From contig NW_003314273.1 in assembly GCF_000143415.4 (NCBI RefSeq), positions 1,126,074-1,190,073 on the forward strand: DNA of 64,000 nt. The letters are read 5' to 3'. Of the stretch, positions 10,677 to 21,400 are shown one piece after another. The position numbers were made by a program, and so were the translations under genes. The notes beneath the pieces were generated by a model that saw only the letters and a program-made list of their open reading frames with translations, was not told the origin of the DNA and ran no database searches. Within the stretch, counting starts at the first letter, position 1; every line of letters begins with the position of its first letter. This stretch comes from Selaginella moellendorffii. Its lineage: Eukaryota > Plantae > Lycopodiophyta.

Positions 10677-13646
10677 ATGGCCTTCAGGGTTGGGGAAAAG
10701 GTTTACATTTTGAATGGTGGGAAGAGAGTTGCAAACGGGACCCTTGTGTCTATGGATCGGAACTTTGTTATACACTGTGAAAGGCTTGGGGAAGGCAATG
10801 CTGCTGTATCAGTAGAGACTGTCTTCGATGGGAATGTGGTCGCTATTGAACGAGGAGAGATGGTCGTCGGGGTAAATGTTGTTGTTGCCTTGAAAAATCT
10901 TCAGAAGAAAGCAGATGTTGGGGACAGCGCAAGTGCGACGCATGTTCCCTCCGTGGATCTTAAGAACCGTGCTACATGGATTCAGGCAAAAGTGTTTCTA
11001 AACAACCCCGAGGGGGAGGTGGTAGCTGAGGGCTTAGCCACAGTTGTCGATCCAAGAGATGCGGTTGCTAATCAAGAATTGGGCTGGGATGATATTGGAG
11101 TTGCGATTTTAGAGGTTGTTGACACAGAAGAAAACAGTCTGACTATTGGAAGCATTGTGCGGTGGAAATTGAGGCACTTAGTGTTTGAGAATGTGAAGGA
11201 TTCACAATCAAACACCACTACAACTGATGACAGAACATCTCTTCATGGGAAAAGAAAGTACACCTTCCTAAAGCGCAGCCAAAGGGATCTGAGTAACGAA
11301 CCGAAAAGGCAGAAAATGGCGATGGAGGTTCGAATGGTCTCGACAGTTGCTTGTTGCAAGAGGAGGTGCTGTCAACATGCTGATTGGGATGCTATTGAAG
11401 AGGAGAGAGCAAGATACAAGACATTGTCCTGGAAGGCAGCTCACAATTTTGTGTATGAGGCATTACGGTCATCTGTTGATGCTTTAGAACATCAGGTGGG
11501 GGGCATGGTCTTCCAGAGGGGTTTGGTCTGCATGAAGGCATGGAGAATCATTTATGGAGTCCCTCGAACCACATTCTACAGAATCAAAACTGAGTTCGAG
11601 GAACAAAGGGTTCAACAGGCAGTCCATGGGAACGACGGTACGCACAAAACCAGGGGTCATGTTGTATATGGAGAGGCAATCTTCAAGAGGTTTGTCGAGA
11701 CATGTAGCGAGCAGCAACCACATAAAACCCGCATCTTGGAAGATGGAACACGAGACACCCAACGAGTTCTCCCTTCCATGTATACCAAGGGGGCCATATT
11801 GGAAGATGTGAATCGGGAACTCTAGAGTAATGGCTACAGGAAGCTGAGCCAATCTAGATTTAGTAGATTGTGGAGCAACAGGTTCAGGGATGTGAGTATA
11901 GGAAAGTACTCCAGCTTTTCAAAGTGTGACGAGTGCACTGCTATCAAAATGGCTTTGTCGAAGAATTCTTGCAGCGCTCAAGAGCGAGAGACGTTGGTTA
12001 GAAGGCGGCTCGACCACAACATCGAGCAGAGAAGCTGCAGGACTGCATATTATCATAACAGGATTCTCTCCATGGAGAGACTTGACTCTTACCTCTGCAT
12101 CATCCACGACAAAATGGACCAGAAAAAGACGTGTTTACCTCGACTCAATCCTACCCCCAAGGCAATCTCTTCATCCATGCAGCTGCCTGTGTCTCTGTTT
12201 GGCATAATCGCTCATGGGCATGGTGCCCAGAACTATGGGAACTTCTTTGTACCTCTATGGGGTGGCGGGGGTGCAAACATGATGATTGCGTCCCTAGCAA
12301 AACACTTAAGGTCTCTGCAAAGTGCGCAGACTGAGCTGAACGGCCAACCCTTGCATAAGGCCCTTGTCGATCGAACCCCATACAGGGTTCAGCTGGAGGA
12401 GGAGCAAAGGCTTGCAGTATCGCGTGGGGCCCCATGCCATCCCAGTGAATATGTTGGCCGTCAGATTGTAGGGTTATCACGTGAGGCCTCATGCCATTCT
12501 GACGAGGCTGGTCGCCCGGTGAATGCACAGCCTCATCCAAACGAAGCAGAATCTCAAGGAAGTTCTTGCGGCCGATGTGGCCTTCCACCCCATCTTCTGC
12601 TCCAAACAGACAATGCTGGCAGTGAGAACAAAAACATGTACGTCTTCGCGTACTTGGCGATGCTTGTTGCCAAAGGCATATTTGAAACGGTTACACTTGG
12701 CTTTCTCATGGTTGGGCACACTCATGAAGACGTCGATGCCATGTTCAGTCACCTGGCAGAGTCCCTCCGGCGATCCAATGTCCTCACCCTCCCACAACTC
12801 TACGATGAATTCCAAAATTGCATCAAAGGCACTGTTGAAGCTGCACTTCTGACAGAGGTTCCAGACTTTAAGGGGTTTGTAAGAGGCTACATCAGGGATG
12901 GATCCGAAACGCTGATTGGCCACTCCAAGCCTCTTCAGTTTCATTTCAGCATGTGTGACGGTGCTCCAGTGATGAGGTACAAGATGAGAGAATGGGACAC
13001 AGTGTGGCTGCCAGTGGACGGCATTGAACTCTTCAAGAGAGATCCCATAACTGGGGAACCTATGATTCCTCAGGGTTCCCCACGGCCGATGCACCCGGAT
13101 GGACTCAAAGACCAGGAAAGTATAGTGGCCGGGATTAGACAGCATATTGCCTTCTGGAAGAGGGGGTTGGTGTTTGGTGGAGAATCCTATTTTCAGAGGT
13201 GCAAGCCTTTGCTCGAATACTGGGAGAAGATTATATCTGCTATCCAAAATGGGCCGGTTGTATATGAAGAATTGGAAGAGTCCTTTTGGCCAGAACCCAG
13301 AGCACCAGATAGTAGCGGAACAATGTCCTCTGGAAAGGCAGTGACAGATAACGATGTTGAGGATCATTATTGTGGGCCGAGGAACAAGAAGCCGGATTCA
13401 GCATTCAATCCAGTACAGGTCTGCAAAGGAATGGTCGTGCTTGTCAGACCCAGTAATAAAAAACAAATGATATGGGTGGGGCGCTGCATCACTGATGCAG
13501 AGGAGGACGCGGAAACTAACTCCTTCAATGTAACTGTGGAGTGGTTCAAGCCAAGTTCCGGATATACGAAGGATTGCCTAGAAAAGAGATGGGTGCTGAA
13601 TCCAAGGGATCCCAGCATGAGCATATCGGTGGATAATGTTCATTAA
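10677..13646 (+). pseudogene. Sola1-like DDD transposase (~990 codons) with one in-frame TAG at 11823-11825
   Basis: ORFs 10677-11825 and 11868-13646 share a frame. Motifs CCKRRCC, FSKCDEC, IIHDKMDQKK (D1), LLLQTDNAGSENKN (D2) and FLMVGHTHEDVDAMFS (D3). Lies between TIRs. Confidence 0.85.
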
Positions 13647-13934
13647 TATTCCTTTACAAAGTTTCTAATGTATTTTATTTCAAGGTGAACAATCCGAATC
13701 TGAATCAGAGGAGGCTTGATATAGTGTGTGAGGTAAAACAAAGATGATGTGACATATGCATTTACCAATCACACGTGCATAAATCTAATAATATGGCGTG
13801 TGGCCCATATTAATGGCACATAAACCCATATTGTGGGCTTACGTGCTTTATGTACCATCATTCCCTTGCAGCGTGTGTGTTGGTTTCCTTTTATAACACA
13901 ACGAACTCCATATTTTAGGGTGAAGAGCGTTCTC

Positions 13935-14192
13935 ATGGCAAGCACAAAATCTGTAAGTGAGGCAGAAAAGGAGACGGAGAAGGAGATAGGTGAAGATGTA
14001 GAATATATAAGTCTTCCAAACTCCCCGTACTATACTCCAGGTGATCATTTTTCTGAACAAACGGCAACATTAACAACTATCGAGAACGCCCCAGTAACGT
14101 CAGAGACAACAATCCAAAGCAAAACAACTGACTCGGAGAAGGATGATAGTACCGCTGAGAGTACCAAAAAGGAGGTGTCCACTAGCGCTTAG
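13935..14192 (+). CDS. Small Ser/Thr/Glu-rich ORF or exon of unknown function inside the transposon
   Basis: MASTKSVSEAEKE...; biased composition only, no recognisable domain. Confidence 0.25.
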   Translation: MASTKSVSEAEKETEKEIGEDVEYISLPNSPYYTPGDHFSEQTATLTTIENAPVTSETTIQSKTTDSEKDDSTAESTKKEVSTSA

Positions 14193-14828
14193 GCTTATAA
14201 TGGCGTATGCCCTCATGCCATTTACTTGATCACCAAATACCTTTTTCCCTTTGCACTAGTATATCTTAATACCGGTCTGAGAAATAGAATGGCATGTGCC
14301 CTCAGGCCTTTTACTAAATCACCTTTGAAAGAAATGCAAGCCTCTATGTCGTAAAAAAAAGGTACTAGAGAAATTCCTTAATAATATGAATGTTATTTAG
14401 TTTCATGAAAATACACTAAGGGTCAAATGAGTTAAATGACTTCTCCAGACTAGCAATGCCTCTTGCTACACCTTCACAATTAGATTCGTTAGAAAAAGAT
14501 AACATTGAATAATATCTAAATGTTCTCACCATTAAGTTATATGTCTGGCTAATAGGAATGATGTTCATCTTGGAAAGCTCACCACACGCTCAATGAACAA
14601 ACAAATAGTGTGTGCGCGCATGCCATCGCTCTTCTTTAGCTTCAGATTCGGCTTGTTCACTTTGACAATGAGATTTATTATACAACTAGATGGACTCAGT
14701 CTGGACATAAGGTCACCGCGCTAGTCACCATGCCCCAGATATGTCTAGCCCCTGGACAAAAAACATATAATTTCACGTCATTTTCAAATACTTGAAAATT
14801 TGTACCTAGTCCCATTTTACTGAATAAA

Positions 14829-14852
14829 TCCCACTTTAACGAAATAGAGCTT
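14829..14852 (-). repeat. Right terminal inverted repeat, followed by TSD ACTA (14853-14856)
   Basis: TCCCACTTTAACGAAATAGAGCTT is the reverse complement of 829-852. Confidence 0.93.
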
Positions 14853-15149
14853 ACTATAGTTATTTAATAAAAGCACATTAGTCAATTTGTTAAGTAAAAT
14901 ACTTATTTGGATCATATCCTTAACTCTCTGAGGAAAATTTTATATTGTTCCTAAGATCCTAAAGTCATTCCCAAATTAGCCCCTTTTTATCCACTATAGT
15001 GCTAACATGTTCATGTATAAACTAAGATGGAGAGTCATGTCCTCTCGACATACTACTCCTCGAGGATAGGCCCACTCTTAGGACCTTCCAATGCTAATAC
15101 AAATGGTAATATATACTTGACCACCAATAAAAGATAAACTAATGAACAA

Positions 15150-18100
15150 CTCTGATACCAAGTTGTAAGTGATTAATTTTTCCATTTTACTTTAACCACT
15201 TAAAGGAGTCTCACTCATGAACTTTATAAATTTTATTCTTGACTTTAGGACATGGTAGCCCCATAAATGGCATCTATGCCATTTAACCTTTGCACTTGGT
15301 CCAAGTGCTCTATATGTCCGATCCCATAAGTGGTCATCTCTTGTCCACTTAAAGGTGCCATCGACATATCAACTTGTTACACTAAAGCTATGCTCATTCC
15401 CCTTTGTCATATTGGTAGTTTAAGACCACCTATATCATAGCTCTCAAAGACTGGGCCATTTGTCCATGAGTGGTCATCCCTTTACCACACCTTAGCACCC
15501 TTAGAATGCCCAAAGACATGGAAAATACCCTTCCCCAATGTCCTTTCTTTTGTTCCCACCAAATCCCTCTCCATCCATAGCCGTGTTCACCAATACTACC
15601 ACTAAGTCAAAGCTTAACCAACTACTAAGTCCCACTAACCTCTAGGACTTCCTCACCATATGACTATATCTTTAGTCATTACACCAGAGGATTACTCCTC
15701 TTTCTTTCCATAGTTTGGGATTTTGGGATAACATTTGGAAACACTATGGCCCTACACAAGCCTCGTGGGTACTCTCTATGTGGCTCTATGTGGCTAGAGC
15801 AAGGTTTTGATGAGCCATACCAAATATCCAAGTAAATAGTGCCACCTACATTTGGATTGGGAGCATTGACCATTCGATCTCCTATGGGAGCTAGAGTTGG
15901 CTCTTGAATATTTCACCAAACTACCTTGCTTGTCTATTTGTATTCACTTTAACCTTGGACTCCTTAGTGGTTACATCATCACCCAACATGTGGGTATAGC
16001 TTTCCTTGGTCACACTGGCCTTTGGGAGACGATTGCTTTAGGCTTTCACCCTCACTCTTGGACTCGGACTCAAACTCGGTCTTAGTCTCAGACTTGGACT
16101 CAGTCTAAAAATCAGTCTCAGTTTTGGTCTCGGTCTTGGTCTCAGACTTGGACTCGGTCTCAGACTTGGTCTTGGTTTTGGTCTCAGACTTGGTCTCGGT
16201 CTCAGTCTCAATCTCAGTCTCAGTCTCTTTTTTAGCCCTGACCTTGGACTCCATCTCAGGTCCATTTCAGACTCCATCTCAGGTCCATCTCAAACTCCAT
16301 CTCAAGTCCATCTTAGATTCGACCTCAAACTCCATCTTGGGTCCATCTTAGACTCGACCTCAAACTCCATCTCGGTCCATCTTAGACTCCATCTCAAACT
16401 CATCTCGGGTCCATCTCAGACTCCATCTCAAGTCCATCTCAGACTCCATCTTGGATCTTTATCAGACTCCATCTCAAACTCCATTTTGGGTCTATATTTG
16501 GTCCATCTTTGGTTCATATTAGACTCCATCTTGGACTCCATCTCAGGTCCATATCTAACTCCATCTTGGACTCCTTGAACTCCTTTAACTCCATCTTGGA
16601 CTCTTTCTCGGACTCTTTCTTAGATTCATTCTTGACACTTTTATATGTCATGACACTTGCCATGTGTCAGTCCTTTTTTTGTCCCATTTTAGAGACTCAT
16701 TCACCAATTGCTTAGACTCATCCAATGACCACTTTGTTCAGAGTTCCACTCCCACTCTCAACTTTCTAAGTCCAAGTCTTTGGTCCAAACATGTTATGCT
16801 TGTTGGACTTCCACTTCGATGCAACATATAGGTACATTTCTCCACATTCCCTTAGGGGGTAATACAAAATTTCAGAGTGCACTCTCAGGGTAACTAGTGA
16901 AACCAGCAAAATCATGAGCACGAACACCCAGTGCTGCTCTTGGGTCGTTTGCCTCCCAGGTGCCTCTACCGCGAAACTTGAGGCCACCTGCTCCACTCCA
17001 TGAGCACGAACGCCCAGCTCTACTCTTGGGCCGTTCGCCTCCCAGGTGACTCCGCAAAACTTGAAGCCACCTGCTACGCTCCATGCCCTGCGAGACTTGC
17101 CTAGAGCGCTCCACTACCAACGTGCTTCCGGGCCCAAAACAGTGTCCAGTCACGACACAGCTCCAACTCGTAGCTCCAAGCGAGGTATGTACGTCCTCCA
17201 GCTCAAGGCTGGAGTGTGCTACCTTGCCTCCCATATGAGACAAGTGTGCTAGCTCATCTTCAACTGAGTCCTAGCCCTGCAATAGGGACTAAGGAAAGGG
17301 CGTGAACCTCCTCCAAAGGGAGCAAACTCCAAAGCAGGCGTTGGAGAAGAGATATATGGATCCCCTAAGCGTATCACACCGCATTGGCCCTGTTAGCCGC
17401 TGGCCCCACTTGTGGCAGCAATCCCTGCCACTAGTTCCAAAAATCCTCCCTTCCCAATCACCTCAAAGCAGGACACCATGCATGGTCATCCACAAAGAAT
17501 CCAGAAAGCTGGGAACTTTTTCAAGTCCCAACTGCTCCAAGTCACCCCTAAAGTGACTTCCAGCTCCCTTAATCCTTGACCGCTCATCTCCATCACGTGT
17601 CAAGGCAAGCAAGATTGCATAGATCTTGGCAAAAAACTCCATTTTTGGAGCTTTTTGCAACTATTCATCCATCGCCGAGATGCCTTCAGAACCTCCTAGG
17701 ACTGTAGTGACTCGCCACTGCCAGCCCTAGAAGTCCTACCCTAGCCCTAGAACAGGGTGAACCCTAACCCTAGCTGCTAGCCGGAGCCACCCAAGAACCC
17801 TAATTCTAGAGAGCGAGTTAGGGTCGTCCAAATCTCGCAGATCCCAGATCTGAATGAAGCGCCACTACTAGGAGTGCTTCTCCCCACTCCCTAGATGCCA
17901 GCCATGAAGTCGAATCAAGAAAAAGAGTGGAGACCAAGCCATGAGAGTGAAAAAAGAGAAAACGAGCCTGTCCTTTGCCATAGCCACTCCGGCGAAGCTA
18001 ATGGAGGGTTGTTGTTGCTAGCAACGTCCCTCTTCCTTGCCTCAATCACTCCCACAGCCCGATTTCCCCCTAGAACCAAAATCCCCAAATCATGGAAGCT

Positions 18101-18465
18101 TGCAAACACAACTAGGGTGAGTGAGATCTCCAGATCCGTGGCAGATCTCGCTGCTACAAGCTCCCCGTCGAAGGAATCAAAGAAACTCTCAGCCGTTTGG
18201 GAGAAATCGCAATTCAAGCACGGAGATGCTGCTTTCGAGAGAAGAGAGGAAGAGGAGGAAGGAGGAGAGCCCTGCGTGCTGCTGCCGTGGCGCGTGAGAT
18301 ACTGCTACTGTCCTCCGAGCTCCCTCCCTCGCTCCTCCTCACACTCTCTCTCTCTAACACCTTTTAGCTCACTCCCAAACTTAGAACTTAGGTCCCTTAG
18401 TGGATTTCCACTTCGACCACTATCATATGGCACCCTTTTTGCTCCACTTTAAGGCTTAGGGATTT
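15150..18465 (-). mobile_element. Family-A 5' LTR (15164-16819 + 18417-18465) with Met-i PBS, split by a 1.58 kb insertion
   Basis: Reverse complement of the solo LTR at 29594-31234. TCTGATACCA (PBS) at 15151-15160. Decayed GACTCCATCTCR tandem array at 16060-16630. Confidence 0.75.
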
Positions 18466-21400
18466 TGTAAGGAACCAACTCGCCGAGGTGTCGTAGGCTA
18501 AAGAAACCCCGAAAGCTTGACCAAAATGACAAAGAGTTCATCGGATGGGATCGAGTTTGAGATAGAGTCCGGAATCGAGTCCGAGGCCGACTCGGGGACC
18601 GAGTTCGAGACCGAGTTCGAGACGGAGTCCGAGATCCGAAATCGGGTCCGAGACTGAGTCCGAGGTCGAGTCCGAGGTCGGGTCCGAGATCGGGTCCAAG
18701 ATCGAGTCCGAGATCGAGTCCGAGACCGAATCCGAAGTTGGATCCGAAATCGAGTCCGAGATCGAGCCAGAGACTAAGTCCAAATACTAATACGGGTCAA
18801 GGGGTGAAAGCCCAAAGCGTGCGTCTCCCAGGGGGGGGGGGGGGGCTGCAGGGGGTTCCAAAAGTATAGTAGGGATAGTGAGGTCCAGGAACCAGTTTTG
18901 AAGGGACTCTCCAGTGGGGCTTCCAAACCGACTTAAGGTTGAGACTGGGACCGAGGGGCCTTAGGTGGGAGTGAGTATGGACTTGGTTGGTGCCGGAGGG
19001 GCCATCCAAAGAAGTGCTCAAGAGCAGCTCCCACTCCCAAAAGGGAAACCAATTGCGGTGCTCCCAGCTCATGTGGAGTGGTGCCCACTTGAGTACCCTG
19101 CGGCTCATTGGTCCTCGCCCTTCCTAGGGGCTTGGGCCTTCCTTTGGGATGGAAGTGGGGGGATAGAGGTACCCATACCGAGCCGTTAGGCCACGGTGTT
19201 TCACCCTGGCGTCCCAAAGCAAGTGTTGCACTCAAGACTTGGGATTTAGAGGGTCCCATGATCAAGTCTTGTGGTACCAAGGGATGTTAGGAACCTGGAA
19301 GCTTGGTGTGCTTGGCTGCTTGTGCTTGCGGGGAGTGTAGCCGAACCTTAAGTCCAGTCTAACCTAGGGAGGGGGATTGGGAGTGATTTGGGAATCCGTG
19401 GATGGATGGCTAACACTCCGTTGCTCGTGTAGTGAGTAGTTGAAACCAAGTAGGAGCTGGTACCATAGGCGAGAACCTAAGCAAGGGAACTTAGCAAAAG
19501 CCAAGGCAGTGTTGGACGGATAGACGAGGTAAGCTGGCAAATTTGAAAGGAAAAATTTGTGGCTTACAATTTGGTATCGGAGCCTTTTCCTCAGTTCTAG
19601 CGAAGGATAGAGGCGGATTACTGGGAGATGGCGAGGGCAGGGCGTAAGCGAACCCAGGCAGAGACAGAACCTCCGCCAGAGCTGGAGCCTCCGGCCGAAC
19701 AAGAGGCTATGGATGAGGAATCCTTGCATGAGGAGGACTCCAGTGAGGAAACTTCCAAACAGGAGTCCGGTGGCAAGGTTCAGTCGTCCAAGGCTTGATT
19801 GGACGTTCTAGAAGGACAATTGGCGCAGACCAATGCCCTGTTGGAGACTCTCATACGCAAGCTAAAGTGTGACGAGAAGCGGAAGAAAAAGCGAAAGACT
19901 GCGGATGCTGGCAGCGCAGAAGGTGCGGACCCTTCGGCAGAGATTGAGGCAAAACCAGACAAGGTCGAACAACCCGAAGTGGAATCAGTCCCTCAGGCAG
20001 TTCCCAAGTACAAACCAAAACCCCCACCGGTCTTCAAGGGAGTGAACGACTATAAGGTGGTGGAGGATTGGTTTTATGATATGGAGGACTACTTCCGAGC
20101 GTTGCGGTTACTGAGTTCGGAGAAGGTCCCATGTGCAAAACCATACTTGGCAGATAATGCCAAGTCTTGGTGGAGAACGATGGAGGCCAACGAAGGACCG
20201 GTGGCCACTTGGGACATGATGAAGGCGAGGATTCGCGCAACATATGTTCCCCCGAATGCCACTCTGCATCTGAGAGATGAGCTGAGTAGGCTGAAGTAGA
20301 CTGGAACCATCCAGGAATATGTGAATGGGTTCATGGCAAAGAGGATACTTGTCACGGACATGGGGGATATGGATGCGTTCCATGCCTTCATATCGGGTTT
20401 GCAAACCTAGGCTCGCGGTGAGGTGATGCGCTGGAACCCGACCAACTACAAGGAAGCGTTGGATGCGGCCATCAAGGTGCATTTCAATGATAACCTGCAA
20501 AAGGGGAACACGACGGGGTCGGGATCCACGTTTAGCAATGGGGCCAAACCAAGGGGAACGTATAGCAAGGGGAAATTCAAAAAGAGTTTCTCTAAGAATG
20601 AGTCCTCGGGGTTCCGGAAAGGCAAATCCGGTGGCCAGCGAGCGAGTACGTGGGGGAGTCAAGCGAAAAGAGACAAACCCACGGATAAGAAGGTCAAGTC
20701 GTATAGCAGCGTGGGAAATAACATATGCTACAACTGCAGTGAAGCGGGACACTTTTCGATGGAATGTCCCTACCTGAAGAAGGCCAGAGCCAATATAGCC
20801 ATCAAGTCGGGTGAAGTCCAAATTGAAGTATGTGATCCAGTCCTTAACTCAAAGTTACTCATTACACGAGCAACTTTGGTAGAGAGTCATTCGCGACATC
20901 TACTAGCCCTCCGAGGGAAGCTCGGAGGTAGCTTTGTTAAGATCCTTATTGACACGGGTGCTTCGGATAATTTTGTGGCTGCAAACATAGTCCGGCAAGC
21001 CGGACTAACGGTGCAGCGGCTAGGCGAACCAAGGACTATAGAGTTTGTTCAAGGTAGCCAAATCACCGATGAGGTACTTCGACAAGTGAGAGTCGAAGTA
21101 GGGACATGGAAAGTAGACATGGATTTCACCGTGTTGGACATGGCGGGATTTGATGTGATCTTCGGAATGGATTGGTTCAATCGGTTCGTGGTAGCCCTGC
21201 ATGGACAAGGTAGGAACCTTGTGGTACTGGCAAATGCCCAAGGAAGAAGATCTAGGGTGGAGGCCCAGGATCTAAAGGTAGGGCAAAGCAAGGCCAAATT
21301 TTCCTGCCTAAACCTGGTGTCCACGAGAGGACAACTCACTAAAGGAACTAAGGCAACCTTTTTGTGCTTACTCTCGGTGAAGAGTGACAAAAAGACAGGA

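Larger units (their letters stand above)
923..14626. repeat. About 30 dispersed copies of a 22-bp palindrome ATGGCRTG-(WGGCCW)-CAYGCCAT
   Basis: Copies start at 923, 1204, 2281, 2356, 3573, 4259, 4355, 4460, 4601, 6073, 7350, 7410, 7487, 8252, 8387, 8546, 8625, 9475, 9547, 9583, 10198, 10296, 10503, 10573, 12419, 12476, 13793, 14200, 14289, 14605. Some are degenerate or half sites. Confidence 0.92.
829..14852. mobile_element. 14.0 kb TIR DNA transposon, Sola1-like, with cargo gene
   Basis: Perfect 24-bp TIRs AAGCTCTATTTCGTTAAAGTGGGA (829-852) and its reverse complement (14829-14852). Flanked by direct ACTA at 825-828 and 14853-14856. Internal DDD transposase. A 4-bp TSD fits the Sola superfamily. 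Confidence 0.9.

Noticed and set aside
923-14626. Palindromes as a CRISPR array
   Set aside because: Spacing is irregular (36 bp to 1.8 kb), copies lie in introns and exons, there are no cas genes, and the context is eukaryotic.
15266-15284. ATGGCATCTATGCCAT (also ~31098, ~54044) as copies of the palindrome outside the transposon
   Set aside because: Arm spacing differs and the GGCC core is absent; it is a fixed part of LTR A.
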